The position numbers were made by a program, and so were the translations under genes. The notes beneath the pieces were generated by a model. It was not told where the DNA came from. It did not search any database and saw only the letters and a list, made by a program, of their open reading frames with translations. A DNA stretch of 64,000 nucleotides from Fimbriosthenelais zetlandica (Eukaryota): contig OZ365112.1 of assembly GCA_977030845.1 (NCBI GenBank), positions 14,260,001-14,324,000 of the forward strand, given 5' to 3'. Position 1 is the first letter of the stretch; the number at the start of each line of letters is the position of its first letter. This document shows, piece by piece, positions 12,461-27,020 of the stretch.

Positions 12461-14219
12461 TACAGCTTTATCTCTGAGTCAGGGACGTCTATTCCCTGTT
12501 AAAGAAGGAATTTATACAATATTAATTTCTCTTTCTTTTAAAAGAACACTTACTTTGTCATGATTTATACCGATAAACCTGTATGTACCAGTCAATTGCC
12601 TTACAGCTAGGATACACCGTTGGTATAGGCAGTGGTCGTGTAGTCTCTCTAGTATATTTAATGCCTGTCAGTTACTATAGCCTAGAATAATATAAATCAG
12701 TCAAATTGAACTATATGAATATAATATATAGCACTTCTCTAGACAACACACATGACCTATTTATATTCAAACCTGCGGTGGCAATAAATCTCTTTCATTC
12801 CAAACGGATTGGTAAGGTGTACCTGGAGGCCATCGGATCAAAAGGCCCACCTTAGGCTCTATGTTATGTGTATACAGACTGAGACTAGTCCTGAGCCTTA
12901 TTTATCATGGCTCAGCCAGGAGAAAAGAGCATGTAGACTGGTTTACATGACATCTATGAATGTTGATCTAAATATGATGTCGTTACATACTGGGCTAAGA
13001 ACATCATCTACAAAGATGAAGCACTCTTATTTATGTCTTCACTGGCTTCCATTTCATTGAAGATTTGTTGAGACATTAATGTTCTTAAGCTTTAAGTACT
13101 TAATCAAATTCCCAAACCCCAGGAAGAATGGGTTGTACAAGTGGCGGAATAATATTTAATATCTACTAGCAATATTTATTTTTTATTTAATTATTTAACT
13201 TTTATTTATAATTCTTGTTTAACAGTGTATGTATAATTATATGTGCTGTATTTCTACCTCACCTTGGCCCTGTTCTCTATAGTAATGATGAATCATCTCC
13301 ATTTCCGCCTTATCTTGGGACACCAGCTGAGAAGTTGGCCCAGACTACCATTGGTCCTCCAGCTATCTGACCTCAGGTCAGATTTTTAACCAAAATATAT
13401 CGATTCTGGATCACTTTTCCAGATCTTTTCCCAAAATGAAAACTGACATGTAACTTTCTACTGACTCTTAAAAAATAAATAAAGTAGATCTGTTAGTGTC
13501 AGTTGACTAGGATATTTTGTTGCCATTGTGGTCACATGCAGAGGTCATCTGACTTTATGACCTCTGGTCTCAACTCGTTGTGGCACCAACATATGATGGC
13601 TTTGGCCTAGTTATTGTCTCGACCCATTTTCACTAGAGCCAGCTCAATATGTCCAGCACTGTTTTCAGTGTGTACATATATACACGATCCAATGAATTTC
13701 AACTCATATAGGGTCACTGGCCTACCAGCATGTTTTGTATGACATGCTGTGCCAAGCAGCTGGTAATCTAGTGACCTTATTCCAAAATGGTACCCCTTCC
13801 CCAACCCCAACTACACTGGGGGCCACCACACTGCAACCTCATATAGTTTCCATTTTCATTTCTCTATCATCACTGAACCCACATAATATGACTTATCATT
13901 ATCCATGTAATTATGGTTACAATATAGGATATGGGTTCATTTGAAATTACAGCTCATGTAGAACAGACGCCCGATCGTTTTTTCATCCTCCCAATATCAG
14001 GTTTCATTTTTTTTTTAAATATTACAAATTAATTTTGGAAATTATCAGAGCTGATGAATAATTAATGTAATGTATAAAGGAGTACAAAGTACTAGGTGGA
14101 AGATATTATTATGGAAACCGTTTTGTTATCAGGTGTTAGCTGGTTTTAGGTAATGGGCATTTAACTATGATAGAACAAGAGTGATGGGACCTTGCCTCTG
14201 GTCTGTCGCCCAGTTCCTC

Positions 14220-14505
14220 TGACCCCCAGAGAGCATGAATGATCAAGGAACAATAGACCCACACTGCCAGGGTCACTTGACCGACTGACCAGTACTGACC
14301 AGCTCCCTGGTCAGTACTCGAGCAGGTCAGGATATCAAAGGGTCAGTGCCAAACCCCTACAAGGGTCACCAGGGATCCAAGACCCCCTGGGATCTAAAGA
14401 GGGGTGTCCAGCAGACTGGTCATCTTACAAATGCTGACCAGGAGGGTGTGGCTGGCATGGCTCAAGCTGCTGGTCAAGCCGTCTGTCCTCTACCCCCAGC
14501 TGACC
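14220..14505. repeat. Degenerate TGACC/GGTCA (CTGACCAG-type) motif array with a perfect hairpin
   Basis: 13 TGACC/GGTCA pentamers in 286 bp. Perfect 12-bp inverted repeat AGTACTGACCAG-ctcc-CTGGTCAGTACT at 14291-14318. Confidence 0.7.
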
Positions 14506-17500
14506 AGCCGTGGAGCGTTTTGATCAATGGTTTCTTGGCTCTGTGATGGTCCGTGTGTTAACTCTCCGGAGGATAGGCTCTCTCTGTTCCACTTGCCTGA
14601 TCCCTGGAAGCAGTGCATTTGCCGGCTTATAGGTGGGAAAAGGCTGATTAACATATGAATAGTTGAGCCCTGAGGTAGTCCTCTCTCTAACGGTAACGGT
14701 GTCTGCGTCTGTAATGAATAATCTTCACACCTAACCCCGCTACCCAGCGGACAATTGGAACACCCGTAGGGCCATGGCCCTCTTGAATAAACACCATCCA
14801 TCCTTGGAGTCAAAATAATAAAGTGCTTCATGTAGTCAGGGCTTGGGAGATATGACAGGGAGGCACAGACTTACAAAAGGTGGAGACTGACCAGTGTGTG
14901 GGGAGCTGGGGTACTCCTGTCTGGGCCCTCTATTCACCTGTCACTTCTTGCTGTGTTTTTCCTCGCCCTAGCTCGGCCAGGCCTGCCAGGACATGGACTT
15001 CCCACTGAGTCCAGATGGCTCCTGGCTGTTTTTACCTTGCCAAAGCCTCAGACAAGAGAGAGTCATCTGTAGTGGCTTACAACTTCATTCGCTTAATCCC
15101 TCCTCTCCCTCTTACCATCCTCTCCATTTTCCTTCCTACATAACATCTTCTTTTCTCTCATTCCTCATGTCTCATTGCTTGTACCTTAATTAATTGACAT
15201 ATTATTTAGCTTAGCCGCCCTCCCCTGCCTAATTGTAACACAGTTGTTAGTTTCTCATGGGTTTTTAATTCATTTAAGTCATTCTAAAAACTCAACAAGT
15301 TTATCGCCCATATCTCCTATTCACATGCGACTGCCCAAACAAGTGCCATAACCAAAGAACAACTTTGTGAAAAGTGCTGGAACAAATTTGCCCACTTCAG
15401 GTGTAGACCATGATAGATGGTTTATACCAGTTTATGTGCAATTATTTTAATTTTCGGTGGAGATCAGACGGTAACACCCGGGGTGCACACCTCCGAGTGT
15501 TTACTGAAGTGTCTCCCCATGTTGTCTCCAGGGCATTTCCCTCCCCACTTTCTTATACCACTGACAATGGTACCTACACCTTCCAATAAAACTAGAGTGA
15601 CTAATGATTTGCCAGCAATTGGCGCAAGCTAAGCAATAGGTCTTCCCAGCCATTGCCTTATAGTTGATGTTTATACCGATGACAGGCCAAGGCTGGGAGG
15701 TGGATATTAATGATGACCCAAGGGTATATTCCTGTTTCAAACCCGAAGCAATCCTGACATTTGACCTCCGTCAAATTAAGCACATTCATCACCCCATGTT
15801 CATTAAGAATAACTGGGTTTTAAAAATAATTCTTTTGTTTCGACAAACGTCATTAGTAAATGCAGTATAAAAGTTCGTTGGTGGACAGATTTTCTCCACA
15901 CGCATGCATGCATGAATAATAATCCAAAAATGGCTATGATTAATAGCCCCCACGTTCCCTCTCCACTATAGCACACTACCCTGTGGAATGGGAAATCTAT
16001 AAGATAACAGTTGCCACAAAAACACAATGGCTTCTAGGGCTCTTCTCTCTCTCCATCCCTGAAGTGGAGGCTGTTACAACTCTCTGGAGTGTTTGGTTGT
16101 TCCTGATTTGGCATTATCAGTCCCTGGAACGTAAAGTTTGCATGCCAGATCATACGGCTATTTCTCGACCAGGCCATTAATCAATGGTACTTCTACTCTA
16201 ACGTTTTACCTTGTTTGAAGAACAGTGTATGGGATTGACCAATTTCTATCATCCATTTTCTTTTTTCTCATTTTCCGAATGAAGGGATGGTATTTGAAAT
16301 AAAAAGTCTGATGCATGTTATACCTGACCACCATAAAAGTCCTGGCATCCATTTTTCTGGTTTGCTCCATGGTTTTATAGACATTTTATGACTGGTTGTG
16401 TTATTTTGTCATGGACTTAACAACATGTTCCTGACTATCGTCTTCCTTCATGCTAGAGTGAAAGACAAAGCTCTATTGTATGTACACGTTTTGAGAGCAG
16501 AATAATATATCCCCCGCGAGCTACAGACGGATGTTAAATAATTGGATGTTAACTGTATGGAGATAGTAGAGAATCCTGGTAGGATGGTATGTAGTCTTTT
16601 ATCCCTTATCCTCCTGCCACGGGCACCAATGCATTCAAATAAGGCTGAACAACAATTCTATCATGCCATATCCCAATCAAACTTGTTGTTCAAATGCTTT
16701 CAATTTAAAGTGGATTACATGCATTGCCATATTAATGCTGCTTTAACGTTGGGTTATTTGCTACCTTGGCCTCTGACCTGTTAAGAGTACATACTCCAAG
16801 GTGTACAGTCAATGGCTTCATAACCCGGGGCCAGGCTCATTGTTCTAGGAAAGGTCATTTATCACTTGATAAAGTCCAGAGGCAGAGCCTCTAACATGTG
16901 CTTGTTTAATTAGACCAGTCATAGGAACAGTTCGCATGCCACATCCCTCCATCCATCATTATCCACAAAGTCACTTATACTCTCTCTACATTTGGTTCCC
17001 TCTCAAACACGGACCAAATGTGGACTAGGATGAAGAGAGATAATTGTATTGGCCTCTACATATAATTGTATTGGCCTTTTGTATTATCTCGCCAACCACT
17101 TCTCATCTTTGACCTAGTACGGGGTTTTCCATCTGATTGTTTGAGATGATTATATGAACATGCTAGTATGACTTCCATCAAAATATGTGAGTCATAAAAT
17201 GAATTTTGATATAGGTTATGCTTGTTAAAGATATCTAAAATGTGGAATCAAATACCCCATGATCTAACTGAAAATTCCTGCTTTAAATACGACCCTTTGT
17301 ATTGGGTCAGTGATCTATCATATCTGAGTGACATCGTCCCACTGGCTACAGTTCCAAAGCCTGCCATAGAATATAATTATACAGGTGTTGCATTCATTCC
17401 CATGGATTGCTATGAACAAGACCAATCCTTCTCATGACTTAGTTTTCATATTCCCTCTGTGTCAATTGTCATGACTGCCAACCTAGTCATGCTTCGCCAC

Positions 17501-20500
17501 GCAGGCCAGGTCCATTCATTGTCAGCAATTTATTCATATATTTTGTGGTTAGAATCAACTTCAGAAAAATAGTAAAAATCAATGCTGTGTTGTCATTGTG
17601 TTCCCAAAACTTGCCGTCTACAACATATGCCACATTGTAAAACTTCTGTGCTGTGGGGTTTTTGGGCAGGTGCAAAAGCCAAGAGGTGTCCTGAACCCAA
17701 AAGCATTGATAGGCATCTGTGCCAGTTTAGATCATGACCGAACATGGAAGTCACATCCACAGTCAGTACAATGCCTCTTTGTGACACATTCTCCTTGTTG
17801 GCAATTGACCCACAGGGTATTTGCCTTTTTGCAGTGTTCATGTCAGCAACCTGTACGGTCACGGCATTGTATGCACAAGCAGATTGAAATTTTTGAAATT
17901 GAAAACCAGATTTTAATCCATTTCAAGGACTTATCTTTCCTCCTTTGTTACACCGACAGTCTGAAAGTTTTAAAAAGTACTCCAATCACTGTCATTTTGT
18001 GCAGTTTGTAAAGACAGGTAAAAAGAGAAATACCTGTTGACATACAGATGTGGAGTGGTTCACAGAAGTAGGGAGAACACTTGACTCTTTGACAGAGACC
18101 TTAATTTTCAGTGTGATCAATCTATATTTTGTAGCGGGGGTTAAAGGTTGGATTTAGCAGGGCAAATGATACAGATCGTATTAAATAAATTGAAGCATTG
18201 CAGCACCGATTGGCCTTTGATCTAGCTTATAAAGAGTGATTCTGTATGCCTTATCACTACTTAACCCATGGGCTTAGCCCTTCCATCCCGCTACCACTAT
18301 ATAGCCCCGGGGATTTTTCGTTACCAACCTAAGATGTTGACGAATCGGTTTTTAATTGTTTCAAACCCAGTATTCAGGGTCTCCTTGCACGGGGAGACCA
18401 GGCTGCGTCTCAGAACGCGGTAGCCATGACACAAGGGGAAGTCTTCAATCTAAGAGGCACAAACAAGAGAAGTGTTTGATTACCTTTCCCGCCTCCCTGT
18501 CTGAAAACTTCTACTTTGACGATGACCGATCAGTTGGGAAAACTTTTCTTTTTCAAAAGACCCCGGGTCAAAAGTCTGTGTTTGACCATTCTTGACCATT
18601 CAAAGTGTGCACTGGTCAGCAAACACACGGTGACCTGTTGGTGATTAGGGCTGAAATTAGAGGTTGTTTGTAGCTGCCGATGACAGTACAAATTTAGTCT
18701 ACCATTAGAAAGATAACCCTAGTTTTACTATAGGGGTTAGAGGTTGTGAAAGGAAACAGAGGTTGATAAGTAATACTGTAGCTATTTGTTATAGGTCGGG
18801 TGTGTTTGTTCCCATGCACGCACCTCTCTAAATGAAATACCTGGGAAATTTCCTGACGAAATTTGGAACTTTTTTGTTTCCTTATTTCCTAGTCAAATAC
18901 TGCACAATGAATTAATATTTTCTATGCAGGGCAGATACACATATTAAAAGTAAAATACTTTCTTTGATATCATCTATATTTATTTTAGCAGAGAAAAATA
19001 TTCGAAAAATTTATGCACTTTGCCTTCCGTTTCAAAATCTTGGAGGATGGTATATCTGTCAGTTCGATACATAAGTTACAGTGAGTAGACCTTAAAGGAA
19101 ACAACAGTGATACAAATTTGAATTTAATTCTTTGAACGATATTCATCATTTTAAAGAACTTGAAGCTAATTTTACAGCTGCATTTGAAACTCACTGAAGA
19201 AAGAGGGTATTATTAAAGCTGACGTTTGGCTACGTCTAAAATAACCCATTCTCATCCAGTACAAATTGATATCTATGGTATTAAAGTAGAGTGAATGGAA
19301 TGAGACAGATATATTAGTGTGAATGGTGTACTTGTGTGTGGAGTAGCTGGGTCTGTGTGTAAACCCTTTGTTAGTATAGAGTTAACAGCTACATAATTAG
19401 ACTACCTATACTGATCCATCATCCTGACAGCACATGAATGAGAACCCACCGATGCTAATGTTCAAATAACATTCAAAAATCTCTCCGTGTACATTTTACA
19501 CAATTAAACTCGTTTGGTTCGCCCTATAATAGCATGCTGGTATGGCAATAGGGTGGATGGGAAAAGGCAGTTCTTTTTTCCCAGTGTAGGGCCAGGTAGC
19601 CTCTATTGTATATAGGGGATGTTGGAATAAGCATCCGTTTGACATGGACACAAATGCTGAGCGAGTGGCTATTGATGACTAAGTTGTGTTTGATGAGTCT
19701 ATATTGTGACTAACATGGATCCTCTACCTCTGGGCTCTGACGGTCTGGGCTCTACACTTGCTCTATAGGTCATTCTCAACAATCATTTACAATTTGTCAC
19801 AGTCCATAACTGATTTGATGCCGTAATATAGCATTATTTCTCAAATTCTATTATCCAAAGTATCCTATACGGACGTTTTAATAGCATAAATTATTCCATT
19901 TGGTACTTAAGGTGACTTGAAATAAGGTGGTGCAGTTACAGCTGCCATGGCCAATGATGGTGGAAAAAATGTGGTATTTTCAGATAGTTTTATAATAGTA
20001 TGTGGGATAAAAGTTTCCCTCTATTCATGCATAAAGCATATGGCGTCAATATCTATGATTTTGCAATATATTATTATAATGGTGATATTATTGGCAAGAA
20101 CGTTACAGGAAGTTGACACATTGAGCATCTTGGAGTAGGCATCTTTTGTATGTGCCCTTCATTGGTATCTGACTTAGTAAGAATTCCATGTCCTGCCTCC
20201 CATAAAGACTTGATGATTAATGTTTGAGATTTTCCGTTCATTCATCAATCAAGACCTTAATTTCTTGACTAATAGAAGCCTGCCAATACCCGTCTGTCTC
20301 CCAGTTCCTCCTACTATATGATTAACTATGCCAGCTTGTGAACCCCACCAACTCTCCCATATACCTGGTCATTGTTTCCCCTCCACCCCTCCCCGCCAAC
20401 CCTCTGTCTCCTCTTGCTCCTCCCCACACCCCAAACCTCCCCATTCTACCAAGAAGCATGGGAATAATAACCTTTGAAAACATGTGAAGATTTTTCATCT

Positions 20501-21189
20501 GTTGTGATAGTGGGTTATATGCTTTTGTCATATCGCCTTGTCCAGGTTGCAATGATAGGTCTTGGACACCCCCTTGGGTGATGCATCGAGGGGGGTCCGG
20601 TCGCGCGGGGTTCAATATTGGGGGTTTTGTTATTGGATTTGCCCTATAGGAAAAGGGCGCAGATGGGAAACATATGAAAACCCGCGTTTCACCTGGTTAT
20701 CTACCTCCACTGGAGGCTTATATGGCCATGGTGGCGATGTAAAGGGCCCTGTACTGTAATAGTCCTTTGTTCATTCGTTTGTGACAAATTTCCGAAGGTC
20801 AAAACTAACACATGTTTTTTAGACTTGTACAACAATTCGGTCTTTACATTTTAAAGTCGCAAAACAAGTGGGTAGAAATGTAAAATGACTGGTATGAATT
20901 GGTATGAAGTTTCCAAGAAAAATTACAATAATATGTTAGATATTTTGTATGGAATCGCCCAGAAAATAATCCGATAATTATGCTGTCCATTTGAAAACTC
21001 AACTGGTGGTATCCAAAACCATGAAAGTTCCGTCCCAAGACTAAAGGCCCAGCATCCCTCAAGCAGGGAATGAAGGTAGATAACCGTACGTTAGAAAGGA
21101 GAGTTCCAGTCCTTAGGGAATACATAGGAGGTGAGAAGAGGCAGTGGTAACGCCTGTTGACCCAGACAAATGTGCCCAGACCACGAAGC

Positions 21190-21560
21190 AGCCATTTTAT
21201 TGCCTCCTCATTGGCTTCCCGTCGTCAAACAGCTACGGTGGCCCATAATGCTTTATTAAGTGGCGCGAGTCGGACGCGGAGCGAGGAGGCAGGTGAAAAG
21301 GCTCTCGTAATTGTTTCGACGCTTTCTTCGGCGATATCTGTCAGATTCGGGCCTGTTGGCAGCTTATTTAGCCGTCGCCAGCGGAGGCTGGAACGATTAT
21401 CTCCTCCGCTACATCTCGAGCAGACGACAATTTCTCATCGCCTGGGAAAAGCCCGCCAAAACGCCTTAGTGACTGGTAAAAGGTCTTAGCGGCGGGTTGT
21501 AAATGGCGGTCCCCGGTGTGGCGACACGTGCCAGCAAGCGGGTAGGGCACTTAGAAAGTA
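21190..21560. promoter_or_regulatory. CpG-retaining enhancer-like block
   Basis: Non-repetitive, high-complexity, CpG-rich island in CpG-poor flanks, with GCCATTTTATTG, CATTGG, TCGTAATTG and GGCGCG motifs. No coding signature. Confidence 0.45.
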
Positions 21561-22139
21561 GTGGTGGGCCCTCCTGTTGATAGACCATTATAATCCCTCC
21601 TATATCACCAATCATTGAGGCAGCGTACCTGAGACATAATTCTCTCCATGAAAAACCTGTATTTGATTGCCTCAGTTTGTTAAATTTTTAGTTAATTTAA
21701 CGGCAAAAATTCCCACCATTTTTCATTCATATCACTCAGGTATTTTGACGTAGGTATTTGGCCTATATTATATAGACCCAGCTTGGAGTCGGGTGCCCCA
21801 TTAGAGGGGGTAAGTGTCTTTAGGGAGCAGTAACTGTGAAGTGGCGGGCCTCTTGAATACTGGAGTTCTGAATGGCCTTCAACTGTTTGTTGCTGGTCGT
21901 AATGTTACAGCAAATTGAGCAAGCCGTGTCAGGCCTGGCCCTAAGTGGATAATTGACTCCATAACGAGACAGAGGGGTGGAGGAAGGGAGGGGGAGCGGG
22001 AGGCAGCTCTAATGGCTAGTGAAGGGACAGGGAAAGGACGGTAGGTCAGCCATTGACCATATATCACGACGCCCTCTACCCGCCTGCTCCAACACTGTAA
22101 CCTGACCACTTAGCCACTATAAATTAATTGTTACTTCTC

Positions 22140-22380
22140 CTTTAAGTCCTGAATGTTCTCTCTCTTGTCCCTAATTCCCCTTCGTTACTTCTCCTGCATC
22201 TTTATGCATTTCATACATTTTTAGTCTCTCGTCTCAGCTCCTCTCTCTCTCTTCTCAGTTCCCCCTCTCATTTGAGAAGCAATCTTTTTCTTCTGTTTTC
22301 TTCCCGCTCCAGGGTCCCACTCTCTTTCTCGCTCTTTTCATTTCACTTCCCTCTCATTACTTCCATCTGTTTTCTCCAGC
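22140..22380. repeat. Polypyrimidine low-complexity tract; similar tracts at ~35200-35600, 52020-52215, 57040-57115 and 61280-61500, with purine-strand equivalents at ~6600-7010
   Basis: Long CT-rich stretches almost devoid of purines on one strand. Confidence 0.8.
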
Positions 22381-25300
22381 TTTCGATTCACAATCAAAGC
22401 TTGGAATTAATCTGAGCATGATCCATCAGTGTCATATCTCCGGGCATTGTAATGACAGCATTCCAATGGCAAGTTATCATACGGATGCATTTCCCCCATA
22501 TTGGGTAAAAGCCCAAATTGGAACTCACTTCATTGCGTGGGGTTTCATACCCGTGCACCACATTCGCAATGCTTGTCCCCTCAGCAGGGGGTGGGGGTAA
22601 ATATGGGAGGGGGCAGGAAGGGAAAAGAAGGGCGAAAAGTGAGGGAGGGTGCATGGTGGCGGGAAACAATTGATGTGCCTACCCCTGGGACATGGAAGGG
22701 AAAATTGGAAATTGTGGGAGTGATGGAAAGGCACACACAATCATATTAATTCCGTGAGACTGGGTTAGGGTGTTGATAGGGATCTAGGGTTTGGAGTAAT
22801 AAGGGATGGGTTTCATTGCTCATTGGGTGGTTGGTTGGCTGAGGGCTTTTTGGGGTCCCGTCCGGCCACCCCGTACAAGGCCCTCCGAGGGCCTTTTGGC
22901 CAGTAAAGGGCAAACACCCTCGCCCAGTTATCATTCAGGCCGAAGGGCACCAAACCCTCCCCCTCTGACTCAAGCACCCCGGGGATTAAGACATTCTGAT
23001 ACAGCTTCAGGATTCCTGGAATTATATTAGTAATCCACACATAAAGTATTTAGAAACTCATTTAGAGCAAATCATTGTAATTGCCTACAAAATTCTCAGA
23101 TTGTTTCTCCAATATAATTATGTTGTGTCAAAATCACTTGGAAATTGTAGTTTCTTTGGTTGAGCAAAGGGAAAGGCCAGAGACTATTTTTCATAGGTTC
23201 ATCCCAGGTTCAAATATCTATTGACAGATCGAAGCTTGCTGACAGGCATCAATACAGTGTACAGATAGACCTACACACAAGCTACAGGCTGGAGGTGGGG
23301 GAGGGGCCGCGGGGGTTGGCGGGTTGGAGGGGCCCTGGGATCCATTCCACTATTAGATACAGTCCTGAGGGAACCACACTGAAGCATTTAGCTAAATTGG
23401 CCAGACATCAAGTTTTAGATCAGGGAGGGAGATTAGGAGGAAGGCCAGTTATGAATAATTTAGTATTGGTCTGCATGAACCAATCACCCCTGCTATGGTT
23501 ACCGGCCCTCAAATATAAACTATGTCCACCCCCCGCAGGGGTAGATATATTACTTGTCAAAAATAACCCCAATACAAAAACCATCACTTCCCACCCGTCA
23601 AGCACTCCAACTTTTTAACAGGTTTTCTCTCTTCCACCATTTGTTTCCACCTACATACATTTTCTATCTGTGTACATATAATATCTGTGTCTCAAGATAA
23701 TATATCATCTGTTACCTTGAAATAACAGATCAAGATTATATTTTCTCAACATTCTCTGCATTCTTAAGGTACGGAATAAAATATATTATTGTTATTAATG
23801 TCGTATATCCATGAAGTATAGTTGTAAAGATTCGGGGCATTTATTGTAGCCTATCTGGCATGATTATGAGATTTCAATTTGAGTTTGTTTCATTATGCCA
23901 ATTCAATAATGCCAGCAAAGAAGAGCAGAGATACAGAGTGAGGCACAGTCCACCCACACAGCGCCCACAGTTCTGCTTTATGTCACACGTTGACGTGACA
24001 TCTCTCTCACTCAGGTTTCCATGGTTACAATGCTAGGAATCCCAGTAATATCATATCCCCAGAGAATAAGATCATAATACATTGGGAACCCTCTCCTCTT
24101 GTACCCTACTTCCCAGCCATGCAATAAAAATGGCAGTGAGCATCATTGTCTCCTCCCTCTTTTATTCCATTCGCATCTCCATGATTACCAGAATGAAACA
24201 CATTAAATATTCACGTTTCAATTCAATATGATATTCATAATCGATGTGCCTTTAGCGTATTTTTCACCCAGTGGTATTCAATAGGTGTCAATGTCCATCA
24301 ATGCAATCACTGGCTTTTTTCATAGACATGAGATCATTTTGGTGAATTTGAAATGGAACCACTGGCTGGCTTATGAGAGCTCAGGTAAAATGCCTGGACA
24401 TGGTCTGCACTGGCTGCAGACACATGTAGTCACTCACTCCTTTGCTCACTCATGCCTACAGGGTAATCTTATGAATCACAGGCTTGTATCACACCCTTGC
24501 ATGGGAATCTCCCTTCCTAGTGGAAAACATGACGCATAGTCGCCACTTTTGATCTTAATCAATATTACGTATCAAAAGACAAATTGATATATTACCTATA
24601 TCGGCAATATATTTGTTTTGGTAAGGATCATTGAAATTATGATACCTCAGAAAAGTTCAATAAGTAAATTGTGAAATTTCGGATCAACAGTGTAAAGGCA
24701 TGATTGTGATTCATATAGTGGCCTTGCTCCACTTGATCACAGCTGGCTGATATTGTGTGTGCCTTTATAATCAATATTGATTTATAATGCTGTGAACCAG
24801 ACATAATATTGATTTATATGTACATGTTTGGTTTGTAGGGGGTCGGAGATGTATTGATATTATGGCGTGACTTATGGACACGTTCCGGCATTAAAACAAC
24901 ATTAAATTGATATAAATTCATAATCGATGAATTAGTAACGCAAAATGATCTTTGGATAAGACTGAATCCCTTTGTATGTAAATCATATGAGCAATGTTTA
25001 TGCAATATTGTATATTATATACAAAGATGGTATATTAATAATAGATTTATTGAATAAATCATGATATTATAAATAATAATAAACCTATTGTTCTGTGGGA
25101 GGGATGTGTACAAGTACACACAAATCTGGCTGTGCATTTCCCCGCGCTGACACACCCCTCTCGGGGATTGTGTAGGTAGAAAAGGTCATTATTTCTGGAT
25201 CTGGACCCAGCACTGATCCAGACCAGACAGGGAGGAATCCTTTTTAACACCCAAGGAGGATCTGCCACAATATCTACTGTCCAGAAACTAGGTCAGACTT

Positions 25301-26499
25301 CCTAAAAGCAGGTCAGGTCATTCTGAATCACCCAGGGGGGTGGATGATTGCCGGCTCCAGAACACCACATCTGGGACTGGAGTTGTGAAGGTCCTGGGGT
25401 GGATTGTTAGTGGCAGAAGTGTGTCAAAAATGGTACCCTCCCATCATGCTCACTGGGGTTACACCCATGCTAACAGCGGGAACGTACCACTGGGTATCAC
25501 TTTGCCAATGATGCTTCACTCACCAGGAAAAAAATATTAAAAAAATATAGTGCAAAAACTCCTTCACTTTCCGGACAGTGTTTCCAATTGTTTTGGGCTC
25601 ATAGTTTCTATGTCATCTATGACTTGCCAAAATAATGCTCTTTTGCAATAATGTTTTATCATTGCATTTACGTGAGTTTTTACCTATATAAGATATTTGA
25701 TTAAGGACAGGAGACTGGGGCATGTCTATTGGATGGATTATGGGCTTTGAAGTGACGCCCCACCAGACCTGGCTGGTCGAGACTGGAGTGGTCAGTCATT
25801 TAGTGGACATAAGCCCTAGTGGCCACACAATAAACTAAACAATAATGAACGGAATGTATTACTCTGGGATCCAACTGGCACCAAATGTGACTGGCATGCT
25901 CTTCCTGTGTTTGTTCACAATAAATTCTTTATATAACACATTATTAGGGAACCTCTTCTGTATAGTGACTCACATGAATATTTTAGGGATATAACCCGGA
26001 ATGTAATGCTCCCATGAATAATTCATCGACTATTTCTACAACTCAGTTCTAAAACTTAATTCCACTAATTAAGGTGAGAAAAAAAGAAGATGAATTAAGT
26101 GAAGTTTCAAACTTCATTTTCCCAAAGTTCTCAGCACACTTTTCACTTGATTTACTGTTATTGTTCTTGTGCGTTTAAAACAATAGACAGGTCCTTGTTG
26201 AAAGGTAATGTAGATGGGGAAAGTAGTGAGAGAGCTAAAAATGAACACACAAAGAGAGAGACACTTAGATTGGCAAAAGCTTGTCCTTCCACGCACCACT
26301 AGGCCATATCCAACAGGAACCACCCATCCCTCCCCTAATGGCATTGAGATGTAACGCCGATGGATAGCATGGCTTGAATCCCCCCTTTTTTCTCCCACTC
26401 CCATAAGGCTTACATTTATTCTACCGAATGAAACAGGCATCAGGTCCCAACTTCCCTCTTCGTGTCCCTCTTCCCTTTCAGTCTCTCCCTCTCTCTCAT

Positions 26500-27020
26500 A
26501 CACTGTCTGATTTATTCATGAAGGGCCAGCTTTAATTAATTGAAGCCAGTATCTGTGGTATTGGCGGTCTTTGGCTGATTGTGTGGCTCGCTCTAGCCTA
26601 CCAGTGGCAGCCCTCTGCCTTCCGTCTCTACCTTCCTCCATTATCATTAACAATGCACATTTAAATCGCTTCATCCCATTGGCTTAGCCGCTTAAACAAA
26701 ATACCATTCTCTCTCCTCGCCTGTTAATTTCCAAGTGGCGAAGCACATAAAAAAATGACAAGAGTCTTTGGAGAGGGGGATTTGCATGGGAAAATGTTTG
26801 TTTTAATTAAACATTCAGTAGTGGGATTCATTAAGGAGCGAGCAGGAGCGAGACAGACTGCGAACCCTCATGGACTTCATGCCTGTAATTCTTTCAGCAT
26901 AACTCAGTTGAATGATCAAAGCTGGAATGTTTTGGAGACGTGCTGGGCAAAAATGAAGATAATACTTCCATCCCTCATGCGATTGATGGCCGCTTTGTGA
27001 TAAGTTGGCCATTATAATAG
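26500..27020. promoter_or_regulatory. Homeodomain/POU-motif-rich enhancer-like block
   Basis: TGATTTAT (~26507), TTAATTAATT (~26532), octamer ATTTGCAT at 26780-26787, TTAATTAA (~26803) and GATTGATGGCC (~26980). Confidence 0.4.

Noticed and set aside
14670-14692. TGAGGTAGT matches the let-7 5' end
   Set aside because: The match stops after 9 nt and there is no pre-miRNA hairpin.
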